Shown: piece by piece, positions 13,190 to 22,622 of the stretch
Position numbering within the stretch: position 1 is the stretch's first letter
Layout of the letters: each line of letters starts with the position of its first letter
DNA from: a virus
Strand: one strand, 5' to 3'
IMG/VR virus record: IMGVR_UViG_3300027550_000001
Length of the DNA stretch: 35,117 nucleotides
Made by a program: the position numbers and the translations under genes
The notes under the pieces: model-generated
Told to the model about the DNA's origin: nothing
Databases searched by the model: none
Seen by the model: the letters and a program-made list of their open reading frames with translations, nothing else

Positions 13190-13798
13190 ATGACAAATGC
13201 TCGCGTTTTGGATCGTCAATTTGCAGATTTTTATGCCACGCCTGACCGAAGGGATGTTATAGAAATTTGCGAATATATCCCATTGCAAAATGCCCACGCA
13301 AACATAATTGCAGAATGTAAGCGAGAGATAATCTTTCGGTTGTTTAGAATTCCTTTTCCGAATGCTACCTATGCTGGTTTATTGCATCATCAAGGTAAAA
13401 AATGCGATGATGAGGTGTTGGCTTTTGAAACTAAGGATTTGGTAATTGGTGATTTATTCTTCCGACTCAGCACGGCGAGAAAGAATAAGACTTGTTGGGG
13501 AGGAAATGAAACAGTAGCGATTTTCGAGCCTAGATTGGTCGATGTCTCGCTTTATAATCCGCAGTTTGATTTTAACCCAGTTGAGCTTGATGGTATTCCG
13601 GAAATCGATGACCCCAAAGATGGTGAATTGCCAGTCTTGCATCGAGCCATGATTGGATCGGCGCGCATTAAAGGATATTTGCCGGATGAGACATATATTA
13701 ATCAATTGATTTATCCAACATTAATAGGGCAGGAGTACGAATTTCCCCCGAATGATATGAAGCGTGGAATTTGGGGAAAACCGGCTCTCCTAGAATAG
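13190..13798 (+). CDS. Hypothetical protein (202 aa) immediately upstream of the large terminase
   Basis: ORF track. It occupies the position usually held by a small terminase, but no motif was recognised. Confidence 0.55.
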   Translation: MTNARVLDRQFADFYATPDRRDVIEICEYIPLQNAHANIIAECKREIIFRLFRIPFPNATYAGLLHHQGKKCDDEVLAFETKDLVIGDLFFRLSTARKNKTCWGGNETVAIFEPRLVDVSLYNPQFDFNPVELDGIPEIDDPKDGELPVLHRAMIGSARIKGYLPDETYINQLIYPTLIGQEYEFPPNDMKRGIWGKPALLE

Positions 13799-13805
13799 GA
13801 CGAGG

Positions 13806-15164
13806 TTGGATGCGGCAAGAGGTAACAGCCGAAATGGAATAAGCATCATCAAAGGGGACTTTAACGTCCCCTTCTCTCTTATGAATCCAGAGCGAATTAC
13901 CGTTAATTTTAAAGTCCCTCCCGTGTTCGCTCCGTTATGGGGAGACGCATGGTATAAAGGCGTTTATGGCGGTAGGGGATCAGGAAAAAGTTGGGCTAGT
14001 GCCTTATTATGTATAACATCCAGTTTGGATGGTGGAAATCGTGGAGCTTGTATCCGAGAGGTTCAAAAGCTATTGACTCATAGCTCTAAAAGATTGATTG
14101 AGGATTTGATTTCCCGATTACAATTGACGGATGCTTTCAAGCCGCGATATTCCGATATACAAACCCCAGGCGGCGGAGAGATAACATTCCATGGAATGAG
14201 TGAATATAATAGCGAAAATATCAAATCATTAGAAGATGTAGATTGGGTATGGATTGAAGAAGGCCAATTATTCAGTGACTCAAGTTGGGAATTGTTATAT
14301 CCAACTATCAGAAAGAATAAATCGCAGATTATAGTATCGTGGAATCCGCGCTCTCCTCATGATCCAATTGATCGATTCTTCCGTGGTCCGAATAAACGTA
14401 CGGATAATGTAATCGTAGTAGAAGCACAATATAAGGATAATCCCTATTTTACGGAAAAATTAGAATCGGATCGTAAGTTTGATTATGAAAATAAACCGGA
14501 TCGATACGCCCACATTTGGCTTGGGGATTATGAGCCACAAGTATCTGGTGCATTATGGCGGAGGGAGATATTCCAAGAATGGAGAAAGCGCGAACTGGTG
14601 GCTGAGAGGGGCAGAACGGTTGTTGCAATCGATCCTGCGGTAAGCAATACTGAGACCTCAGATGAGCATGGGATCGTGGTATGTGCCCTCGGAGTTGACC
14701 AAAGAGGGTATCTATTGGAAGATGCCAGTTTGAAAGGATTTCCTAAAAATTGGGCAGAAAGAGCTATTGCAATGTATGATAAATGGGATGCAGACGCTAT
14801 AATCATAGAGCGAAATCAAGGTGGTGATATGTGCCGTCATACTTTGGAAACCATTAGGCGTCCCCTTCCCATTCGGGAAGTGATAGCATCGCGCGGAAAA
14901 CACGTAAGGGCAGAACCGATTAGTGCTCTTTATAGCTTGGGAAAAATTTCGCATGTGGGGACTTTCCCAGAAATCGAAAGTCAATTGACACAATTTACCG
15001 CGTCAGGTTATCAAGGATATACATCTCCTGACCGCGCGGAGGCCCTGATTTGGGCATTTTCTGATTTGTTCCCCAAGTTGACATCCAGATCTAGGGAAAG
15101 AGAAGAACGGAAACCGTTCAATCCATTCTGGAAACCGCGAGGGGATAGAGGTTGGATGAAATAA
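13806..15164 (+). CDS. terL: Terminase large subunit (PBSX/Terminase_3-like)
   Basis: Walker A YGGRGSGKSWA and Walker B-like VDWVWIEEGQ. The C-terminal nuclease region has VVAIDPA, DEHGIVV and IIERNQGGD. The start is uncertain: TTG at 13806 or the ATG of MNPERI. Confidence 0.9.
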   Translation: MDAARGNSRNGISIIKGDFNVPFSLMNPERITVNFKVPPVFAPLWGDAWYKGVYGGRGSGKSWASALLCITSSLDGGNRGACIREVQKLLTHSSKRLIEDLISRLQLTDAFKPRYSDIQTPGGGEITFHGMSEYNSENIKSLEDVDWVWIEEGQLFSDSSWELLYPTIRKNKSQIIVSWNPRSPHDPIDRFFRGPNKRTDNVIVVEAQYKDNPYFTEKLESDRKFDYENKPDRYAHIWLGDYEPQVSGALWRREIFQEWRKRELVAERGRTVVAIDPAVSNTETSDEHGIVVCALGVDQRGYLLEDASLKGFPKNWAERAIAMYDKWDADAIIIERNQGGDMCRHTLETIRRPLPIREVIASRGKHVRAEPISALYSLGKISHVGTFPEIESQLTQFTASGYQGYTSPDRAEALIWAFSDLFPKLTSRSREREERKPFNPFWKPRGDRGWMK

Positions 15165-15191
15165 ATTCTAACATTATTGGGAGAATGACTA

Positions 15192-15338
15192 ATGCCAATG
15201 ACTGCTAAAGGTAGGAAAATCCTAAAGAATATGGAAAAGGAATATGGAAAGAAGCGCGGTAAATCCGTATTTTGGGCTTCTAAGAATAAAGGCAAAATAA
15301 CTGGCGTTGAGGGTCGCCGACGTAGCAGAAAAAAATGA
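15192..15338 (+). CDS. Small basic protein (48 aa) between terminase and portal
   Basis: Manual translation: MPMTAKGRKILKNMEKEYGKKRGKSVFWASKNKGKITGVEGRRRSRKK*. Its stop overlaps the portal ATG (ATGA). Confidence 0.5.
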   Translation: MPMTAKGRKILKNMEKEYGKKRGKSVFWASKNKGKITGVEGRRRSRKK

Positions 15339-17539
15339 GTGCCGATGAAATCTTGAGAAAAGCAAGGAAGCGATTCGATGAGAATTTGAACGCGACGAAA
15401 ACCGCACGAGAAGAATACGCGCACAATGCGGATTTTGCAATGTGGGAAAAACAATGGGTAGATAGAATAAAAGACGCGAGAGAAGACAAAGGAAGACCGG
15501 CTATTGTTTGCAATAATGTATTGCCGGTGCTCAACCATATGGTCAATAAGAATTTGGCTAACCGACCGGGGATATCTATAACCCCAGCGGATGAATATGG
15601 AGATGAAGATTTAGCTCAGACTTTAATGGCAATAATTAGAGGAATAGAACGCAATTCAAACGCTGGCGAAACTTGTTATCGGTCTGCATTTATAAACTTT
15701 ATTTTGGGTGGGTTTGGGTTTGTAACATTGAATATTCAGTATAAAGGAGAAAATACTTTTGAGAAAGAAATTAGATTTGAAGAGGTGCGAGATCCGCGTT
15801 CTATTATTTGGGATGTTGCGTCATTTTATAGAGGGGAGCCGTTTGATTTTGCATTTAAAGTAATCTTTTATACTAAAGATGAATTTAAACGAAAATACCC
15901 TAATCGCGACGTGGCATCATTTGCTGATAATTCCGAATGGATAGGGTATCCCCCTTTTGCGGATGATGCCATTACGATAGTTGAGTATTGGGAACGGCAA
16001 CAGAAAAAAGCTTATCTATATTCGGTATCAATGCCCAATCCAGTTACGATGCAAAATGAAGTCCGAGCTCTCGAAGAAGACGATTTATTAAAAGAGGCAA
16101 CGACATATTTAGAAGCAATTGGCGAAATCCCAGATGAATATGGAAAGGATGATCTTATTAATGGGTATTTCGACTTGGTTGGGGCTATAGAGTTAAATAG
16201 AAGGAAAATCCAGAAACATAAAGTAACGCGCCGGTTATTATCTCATAATGAGATTTTAGAAGAGGAAGTAATCGCAGGTGAAATGATTCCAGTAATCATG
16301 GGACATACGTTTTTCGGAGTAAGCGACCAGAATTTGAAATTTCAAAATCTGGTAACTTCTCTTATTGGGCCACAATCTATTAAAAATTACTCAATATCCA
16401 ACAAAGCGGAACAGATAGGAAAGGGAAATCATCGATTCTTTATAGGGCCGCGAGGTATGGTCCCACAAGATAGGCAAAATGAATGGTCTTATAATAATAT
16501 AGGAGATTCTTTTTATCTAGAATATGACCCAGACGCCGGGCCACCTCCTCAATTTATAACGGCAACTCCTGTTACTCCAGACCCTATTATGGGAGAAGCT
16601 TGGCAGGATATACAGAGATTGTCTGGTGTTTTTGAGTCGCAATTGGGAAGCCCATCGAATGAAATAAGCGGCGTTGCTATTAATAAACGTGAAGAGCAAG
16701 GATTGTCTACAAATAATCATTTCCGCGTTGCCCTTGCAAATCTGATTGTTAATTTAACCAACTGCGCAGTGGGATTGATTGTAGACGTTTATTCGGATAA
16801 TGAAAATGTAGATGCGGTAAATGAGGCCGAAAATGAGGAATTAATAAAAAAGCCGTTTTCCGGTCTTTCGGAACAAGCTAAGACCGCCAAATGGAGAACT
16901 TCTGTAGTAAGTGGTCCTCCCTATGCAACGCAAAAGGAAGAAGCTAATGATAAATTATTAGCTATAGTTGAGAAACAACCGGAAGCCCTGTCATTATTGG
17001 GTGATATATTAGTTGGAAATATGCGGTTCGATGGTGTGGAGGTAGTTAAAAATCGCCTTCGTTCCATGCTCCCTGATGCAATTAAAGAAGCTGAGAGCGT
17101 GCAGGAAGAAAACCCCGACCCTTCGGCTTTGAAAATGGAAATAGCATCTTTAAAACAACAAAACGAAGAACAAAAACAAATAATCGAAGCTGGACAGGCT
17201 AAATTGCAAGAATTAGAGCAGGCCACGGCTTTAGTAAAAGAACGGGATCAGCAACAATTTGAGATAAAACGTAAAGAGCTTGAATTAAAAGAAGCCGAGG
17301 TACAGGCAAGATTGACAGCAGAAGAAGCTTTAAAAGAAGAGGAATTGAGATTTAATGCGAGAAAAATAGAGCTTGAATTGAACTTCAAATCGCAACAGAA
17401 TGAATTGGATAGACAGCATGCTTTGGAGAAAATAATCTTGGAAAATAAACCAGTATCGGAGAGCAAATCCGAGAAAGTCGAAGTCGAAGAATTGCCAAGT
17501 TTGAATCTGAACTTCAATGAAGGAGAAGAAAATGTCTAA
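15335..17539 (+). CDS. Portal protein (P22-like, with a long C-terminal coiled-coil barrel)
   Basis: 734 aa, directly after terL. The N-terminal pattern (RFDENLNATKTAREEYAHNADFAMWEKQW) resembles P22 gp1 ([23 protein letters not shown]..QW). The last ~130 aa are heptad-rich (EQKQIIEAGQAKLQELEQATALVKERDQQQFEIKRKELELKEAEVQARL). Confidence 0.8.
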   Translation: MSADEILRKARKRFDENLNATKTAREEYAHNADFAMWEKQWVDRIKDAREDKGRPAIVCNNVLPVLNHMVNKNLANRPGISITPADEYGDEDLAQTLMAIIRGIERNSNAGETCYRSAFINFILGGFGFVTLNIQYKGENTFEKEIRFEEVRDPRSIIWDVASFYRGEPFDFAFKVIFYTKDEFKRKYPNRDVASFADNSEWIGYPPFADDAITIVEYWERQQKKAYLYSVSMPNPVTMQNEVRALEEDDLLKEATTYLEAIGEIPDEYGKDDLINGYFDLVGAIELNRRKIQKHKVTRRLLSHNEILEEEVIAGEMIPVIMGHTFFGVSDQNLKFQNLVTSLIGPQSIKNYSISNKAEQIGKGNHRFFIGPRGMVPQDRQNEWSYNNIGDSFYLEYDPDAGPPPQFITATPVTPDPIMGEAWQDIQRLSGVFESQLGSPSNEISGVAINKREEQGLSTNNHFRVALANLIVNLTNCAVGLIVDVYSDNENVDAVNEAENEELIKKPFSGLSEQAKTAKWRTSVVSGPPYATQKEEANDKLLAIVEKQPEALSLLGDILVGNMRFDGVEVVKNRLRSMLPDAIKEAESVQEENPDPSALKMEIASLKQQNEEQKQIIEAGQAKLQELEQATALVKERDQQQFEIKRKELELKEAEVQARLTAEEALKEEELRFNARKIELELNFKSQQNELDRQHALEKIILENKPVSESKSEKVEVEELPSLNLNFNEGEENV

Positions 17540-18419
17540 AAAAACTTTATCTGAAACTTTGGAGGAAGGAATCTTGCCTGTAAATGAACCACAGGATGAG
17601 GAATTCGAAGAAGAATTAGAAGAAGAGGAAAAGGAAGAAGAGGAAGAAGAAGAGGAAGAAGAGGAAGAGGAAGACGAAGAGGAAGAGGAAGATGATGGAG
17701 AAACCGTATCCATTGGTCAAACTAGCGTTAATTTTGGCCCGCGCGAATTGACGAAAGGGGCGCGTGCTAAATTAAAAGATTTTGTCCACCAGGTATCCAA
17801 TGAACAAGCAACCATAACGGCAAGCAATAATAAACGGCGAGAGGAATTAGCAGCAAGGGAACAAGCCTTGGAGTCTTTGCAAGGGGTATCAGAAGAAGTG
17901 CTCTCGGCATATAGCCGTGGGGCGGCGATGCGTGATTCCTTAAATGCTATTCAGGAAAAATTGACTCCCAAATTGTGGGAAGATTCCCCAGATGAAGCGC
18001 GGCGACTTTCGGATGAACATGGACGCTTGCATTTTTATTTGACCCAATTAATCTCTGAATTGCAAACCAAAGAGCAAAGCCGAGCCACTGCAATTTCCGA
18101 GGAACGCGAAAGGAGGAAAAAGACGGGAGAAGCGGAAATGAACCGCTTATATCCAAAATTTAGTGAAAAGATAGCCCCAAAGATGGTAGATTATGCAGTA
18201 AGCAAGGGAGTTAGGCGTGAAGACGCTAATTTGTGGGGTCTCGACCCCATTATCGCGGATATGGTTTATAAATCCATGCTATGGGAGGATTTGCAACAGG
18301 CACGGAAACCAACCCCGAAACGGAAAAAGAGTATAACCAAAACCCCCGCTCGTCAGAAAAGGAAAAAGAGCTTTTCTGATATGTCCGATGAAGAATTCCG
18401 TAGGTTTATAGGTAAATAA
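17532..18419 (+). CDS. Scaffolding protein with a poly-Glu tract
   Basis: It lies between portal and coat, is helical and charged, and carries EEFEEELEEEEKEEEEEEEEEEEEDEEEEDDGE. The ATG at 17532 overlaps the portal 3' end. Confidence 0.7.
   Translation: MSKKTLSETLEEGILPVNEPQDEEFEEELEEEEKEEEEEEEEEEEEEDEEEEEDDGETVSIGQTSVNFGPRELTKGARAKLKDFVHQVSNEQATITASNNKRREELAAREQALESLQGVSEEVLSAYSRGAAMRDSLNAIQEKLTPKLWEDSPDEARRLSDEHGRLHFYLTQLISELQTKEQSRATAISEERERRKKTGEAEMNRLYPKFSEKIAPKMVDYAVSKGVRREDANLWGLDPIIADMVYKSMLWEDLQQARKPTPKRKKSITKTPARQKRKKSFSDMSDEEFRRFIGK
17597..17698. repeat. GAA/GAG low-complexity tract (poly-Glu coding)
   Basis: A visible run of gaa/gag triplets. It generates a spurious poly-Ser ORF on the opposite strand. 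Confidence 0.9.
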
Positions 18420-18421
18420 TC

Positions 18422-19729
18422 ATGACTACTCGTATTGATAATGAAATTTTGACAGCCGAATATTTGATTCGGGCATTAGAACTTGATATGGCCGATGAAT
18501 TCGCATCATGGCCCATATTAAATAAAACTCCGGATCTTGTGGGAAAAGATGTTGGAGATTTTAAATCAGGAATTAATGCCTACATTGCGCGCGCTTCCAA
18601 TTTCCCTCTTCGGCGCGGTTCCGATATGGAATCTCAGACCTACCAAGAAGGAAAAATGACTGTAACTGCCGATAAACGAATCGGGGTAGATGTTTCGGTT
18701 AGCTCATTAAATTTATCAGCTGAGAGTAGCCCTTCGCAATTCCAAGCGACAGTAACGGAACCGGCGCAACGCCGGTTGAAAAATGGTATAGATACCGATG
18801 TTTTGGCGGCAATTGGTGCTGATGCTCCTAATATGCTTGCGGAAAGAGTTACAAATGAAAACGTATTAGAAGTAATCTTGAGAGTAAGCGAGAGAATGAC
18901 GGCATTAGGCCTTCCTAGAAAAGGTCGCCATTTGATCGTGCCACCTAAAATTCATAGTGCGGCAATATTGAAGGTTCTTAATTTAAATGATCCCGCGACA
19001 GTGGGAGCTATTGTAAAGGATGGGGTTATAGAGAGATTATTAGGTTTTGATGTTGTCCAATCTCCTAATTTACCTAGAATTGGTATTAATCCTCCCCTTT
19101 CAACCTTTACAATAAAACTAGACGCTATCCCGACATGGGATAGTGTAAAAGATTCCTGGAAAGCGCGAGTAAAATTAAATGTTACAAACTCCACCGCAGG
19201 CGGTACCCTGAAAAAGGGAACTCGATTTGATATTGATGGATTGCTTGCATTAAATGCAGAATCCCATGTGGAGCAAGATTTTAAACAGCCATTCATTTTA
19301 TTGGATGATATTTCTTATACAACAACCTCTCAGGAGTTCTCTGTTTACATAACTCCGCCACCTATTCCGCAAGATTTAACAAAAGATAAAGCACATTGTA
19401 ATGTAAGTCATTATAGTGCGTCCGCAACGAATACAAAAAAATGTAATTTATTGGGTTCAAAAGTATTGAAGACTGGAGAGGCCGCGCTGACCACTATAGA
19501 AAATGTTGGGTGTATGGTTGCATATCATGATAGTGGTATAATTGTACCTCAGCTTTCTTTAGTATTGCCGCCATCCGCACAAGGTAGCGTATCAAAAGGG
19601 GTTGTAAATATGCGGGCCATTAGTGGTTATCATCCGTCGTCGGATTCATACGATCAAAGACTTGATGTTCAATTTGGCGTATCCGTTTATAAACAGCATG
19701 CTATATGGTTAGCTGTTTATACATTATGA
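18422..19729 (+). CDS. Major capsid protein (P22 gp5-like coat)
   Basis: 435 aa, directly after the scaffold gene. Size and local patterns (VVQSPNLPRI, TLKKGTRFDIDGLLAL) parallel P22 coat (LRSPKLPVL, MKRGDKISFAGVKFL). Confidence 0.75.
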   Translation: MTTRIDNEILTAEYLIRALELDMADEFASWPILNKTPDLVGKDVGDFKSGINAYIARASNFPLRRGSDMESQTYQEGKMTVTADKRIGVDVSVSSLNLSAESSPSQFQATVTEPAQRRLKNGIDTDVLAAIGADAPNMLAERVTNENVLEVILRVSERMTALGLPRKGRHLIVPPKIHSAAILKVLNLNDPATVGAIVKDGVIERLLGFDVVQSPNLPRIGINPPLSTFTIKLDAIPTWDSVKDSWKARVKLNVTNSTAGGTLKKGTRFDIDGLLALNAESHVEQDFKQPFILLDDISYTTTSQEFSVYITPPPIPQDLTKDKAHCNVSHYSASATNTKKCNLLGSKVLKTGEAALTTIENVGCMVAYHDSGIIVPQLSLVLPPSAQGSVSKGVVNMRAISGYHPSSDSYDQRLDVQFGVSVYKQHAIWLAVYTL

Positions 19730-19749
19730 CCTAATTTAGGAGATTAGTG

Positions 19750-19959
19750 ATGCCAGAACCGAATCCTCGCGCATTAGGAGTTGGTGATTCTCGCGGAATC
19801 ACTATTGGCCTGAAAGATTCCCAAATAGGGTTTTTTGGGAAATGCGAAGAACAACAGAGCTTTACAAGCGCTGGCTCTACTCTTGACAATGTTGGTACAG
19901 ATGTGGAGCGAATTGTCACAATTTTGCGCGCTTATGGTTTGATAGCCCCATCCTCGTGA
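19750..19959 (+). CDS. Small capsid-associated protein (GFFG ... YGLI family), short paralog
   Basis: AGGAG lies 7 nt upstream of the ATG. The N-terminal PRALGVGDSRGITIGLKDSQIGFFGKCEEQQ and C-terminal ERIVTILRAYGLIA are both shared with the next gene. Confidence 0.7.
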   Translation: MPEPNPRALGVGDSRGITIGLKDSQIGFFGKCEEQQSFTSAGSTLDNVGTDVERIVTILRAYGLIAPSS

Positions 19960-19969
19960 GGATATAGTA

Positions 19970-20731
19970 ATGTCCAATGATGCAACTCCAAGATCATTAG
20001 GAGCCGGTGATGATAGGGGTATATCAGTTGGTTTGAAGGATTCCCAAGTGGGGTTTTTTGGGGAATGCGCAAAACAACAAGAGCTCACATTCTCACAAGT
20101 TGCGGCTAACCCGCAGGGCGTCGGAGGCTCGAATCCTACGCTTACCACAACTACTTTTACTAAAACCTCAGCTGGAATAACCCCAGCTACGGCTAACACT
20201 GCAGTATTATCTGGTTGGTCAACTGGATATACTGCGCCAACAGCCCCGACAAGTGCCACATTGGCAGCTACGCAAAATGCAGCACCTATAGCCACATATA
20301 CTCATGCCGATATTTCAGGAACTACTTATAATACCGCTGCTATAACCTATATAAATACATTATCTAGTAATGTGAGTGCGCTTATAACAGGTTATGGTAA
20401 ATTAAGAGCCGACTTATCGGATGTCAGGACAAAATACGCTAATTTATTGGGAGCCGTTAGTGGCCTTGTTACAGCATTAAATAAGGATCACGCAGATTTG
20501 GCCTTATTGAAAACAAGTCATGATACAAAGATAAAGATAGATATTCATAGCTTATGGACGGAGGCGAAATTGGTGGCGGCTGATATAGGCACAATACAAA
20601 CTAAATTGGGGCAAATAAAAACCGATCTTACGGCTTTGAAAAACGCAATAGGTACAACATCGGCAGATACTCTTAATGCTAATTTCACTAAGATAAAAAC
20701 TTTATTAAAGAGATATGGGTTTGTAAAGTAG
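19970..20731 (+). CDS. Capsid-surface / head-fibre-like protein, long paralog
   Basis: N-terminus PRSLGAGDDRGISVGLKDSQVGFFGECAKQQ and C-terminus FTKIKTLLKRYGFVK. The ~180-aa insert is Thr/Ala-rich and then heptad-like (LKTSHDTKIKIDIHSLWTEAKLVAADIGTIQTKLGQIKTDLTALKNAI). Confidence 0.6.
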   Translation: MSNDATPRSLGAGDDRGISVGLKDSQVGFFGECAKQQELTFSQVAANPQGVGGSNPTLTTTTFTKTSAGITPATANTAVLSGWSTGYTAPTAPTSATLAATQNAAPIATYTHADISGTTYNTAAITYINTLSSNVSALITGYGKLRADLSDVRTKYANLLGAVSGLVTALNKDHADLALLKTSHDTKIKIDIHSLWTEAKLVAADIGTIQTKLGQIKTDLTALKNAIGTTSADTLNANFTKIKTLLKRYGFVK

Positions 20732-20744
20732 ACAGGTAATCAAA

Positions 20745-22622
20745 ATGCCAAGTGCTAAAATAGAGCGCAATTTAAAACTAATTGCTGCTAATGTTCAACA
20801 AACCATCCCCAGGTTAATCCCTGAAATTGGGTTTTTTTCTGCATTGCAAGAAATTGATGATGATTGGAAACCTATTTTAAAAACGCCGCCAAGGAGTGAG
20901 CAATATTTTTTATCTAACATCTCGAAAGCTAAAATTTCAAGATATGCAGTAAAAGATATTACTTCTATTCAAGAAGAGGGGATTATAATCCAAAAGGTAT
21001 TTGCGCAATGTGGTTTTTATTTAAAGTCTTCTGAGCTTTCAGCTACTAATGTAAAATCCCGTGTGCTTTATTCTCAAATATCCGACCTCTGCAAGGATAT
21101 AAGAAAACAATTGCATGATATTATATATAGTGCGGAAAACGAAGTGGGATTGAGAAAAAGCGCAGCTATTACTGGCGGCGCGAAAGGTAAATATCTAGCC
21201 GCGTATAAAGAAATTGATGATAATAACGCAGAAGATTATCGAGCAATATTTTTGCCTGCTGAGATGAAATGGAATTTAATAAATCAAAATTCACAAATTA
21301 CCAAAGACCAACGGTTTATATGTACTAAGCCGCGAGATATAAAAAGGGGGAAATGGGAGGCTGGAAAAGGCACGAATCGAGATGTCGCGTTAAAACGAAT
21401 CACACGTTATGCAGCTAGAGCAAGGTATTGCGCCGGACTATCATATGTAGATAATTCGGCGAGAACAAGACCTGCCATTTCCGCCGATGGATCGGAGGTT
21501 TTGAAACAAGCTGTTAAAGAAGCTTTCAATGATGTATTGTTTTATTTAAAAGGATCATCTGAGGACGCCCCATCTAATCAGCAGCGCAATAGCACTAAAT
21601 TGGCGTGTATAGCTACTGACACAATAATCCAAGATATAAAATCAGGCAAATTTGCTTATGAAATAACATTTAATAAAAAGATTACGGCTTTTGGAACTAC
21701 GTCCCCTTTCACAGAAGCCAATTTATCAGATATCAAAACGCAAGCTGCCTATGCACAAAATGCAGCAGAAGAAAGAAACAAAACTTCGGCAACCGCCGAT
21801 AATAGTTTATACGCTATTGTATATACAGTAGCTATGCGCCTTGATGGTTCGATAACAACCGATTCAGCCTTAACATCAGCTGTAGCAGTATTATTGCAAA
21901 CTAATAATGGTGTTGATGCAACTACAGCCAATACATTAGCCGCTAGAGCCGTGGCAGATATCTCTGCAACTGATTATCCAAAGGTTTCCTCGTGGCCCAC
22001 ATTGACACATCAACCATTTGTTAGATTGGAGCAAGTAAAGATCCCAAATTTGGATAGTGCGGAGGACCGTGGGGCTTTTTTCTTAAAGGCGAAAATAGAG
22101 GGATTGGGAATTGCTAAAGGACAAATAAATCAAGGTGATTACTTTGAATTTGAAGATTATTATTATGCGGACTCAGGAGGAAGGATTGTCTCACCACCTA
22201 AGGCGGCATTATTTAAAGTAGTATCTATAAATCGGATTACCAATGGATTATTGGGGTCGTCTTATGATATAACTTTTGCCCCATTCGCAAATCCATGTGG
22301 GAATGATAAAACGGTTGACAGAATATTAAGACCATATATGCGAATTAATTCATCTGATGCCGCGCGCAGTAGGGAAAGCAATCGTTCATTCGGTGCGATT
22401 TGTTCCCCTTATGGGCTGTTATTAATTAATTTAACCAGGAAATCAGATTATATTGAGAACGAATCCACAGAATTAACTGTGGACGCGAGTGGAGTAAATT
22501 TTTTAATTGGACAAAAATACGACACACAAACAGATGTTATTGACTTTACCATATCAACCACTCTTGGAGTAGCATTTTTGGACCCAGGAGGGATTGTGGT
22601 TTTTTCACATTCAACAGCATGA
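20745..22622 (+). CDS. Virion structural protein, function unknown (625 aa)
   Basis: ORF track. It sits in the late operon between the capsid and tail genes. Confidence 0.6.
   Translation: MPSAKIERNLKLIAANVQQTIPRLIPEIGFFSALQEIDDDWKPILKTPPRSEQYFLSNISKAKISRYAVKDITSIQEEGIIIQKVFAQCGFYLKSSELSATNVKSRVLYSQISDLCKDIRKQLHDIIYSAENEVGLRKSAAITGGAKGKYLAAYKEIDDNNAEDYRAIFLPAEMKWNLINQNSQITKDQRFICTKPRDIKRGKWEAGKGTNRDVALKRITRYAARARYCAGLSYVDNSARTRPAISADGSEVLKQAVKEAFNDVLFYLKGSSEDAPSNQQRNSTKLACIATDTIIQDIKSGKFAYEITFNKKITAFGTTSPFTEANLSDIKTQAAYAQNAAEERNKTSATADNSLYAIVYTVAMRLDGSITTDSALTSAVAVLLQTNNGVDATTANTLAARAVADISATDYPKVSSWPTLTHQPFVRLEQVKIPNLDSAEDRGAFFLKAKIEGLGIAKGQINQGDYFEFEDYYYADSGGRIVSPPKAALFKVVSINRITNGLLGSSYDITFAPFANPCGNDKTVDRILRPYMRINSSDAARSRESNRSFGAICSPYGLLLINLTRKSDYIENESTELTVDASGVNFLIGQKYDTQTDVIDFTISTTLGVAFLDPGGIVVFSHSTA

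Noticed and set aside
15011-15546. Minus-strand ORFs 15011..15538, 15222..15440 and 15280..15546 across the terL/portal junction
   Set aside because: They overlap strongly supported plus-strand genes (terL, the 48-aa ORF, portal). Their translations are Phe/Ser/Arg-rich, typical of antisense frames in AT-rich coding DNA.
17330-17713. Minus-strand 127-aa ORF with a poly-Ser run
   Set aside because: It is the antisense reading of the GAA/GAG poly-Glu tract of the scaffolding gene.
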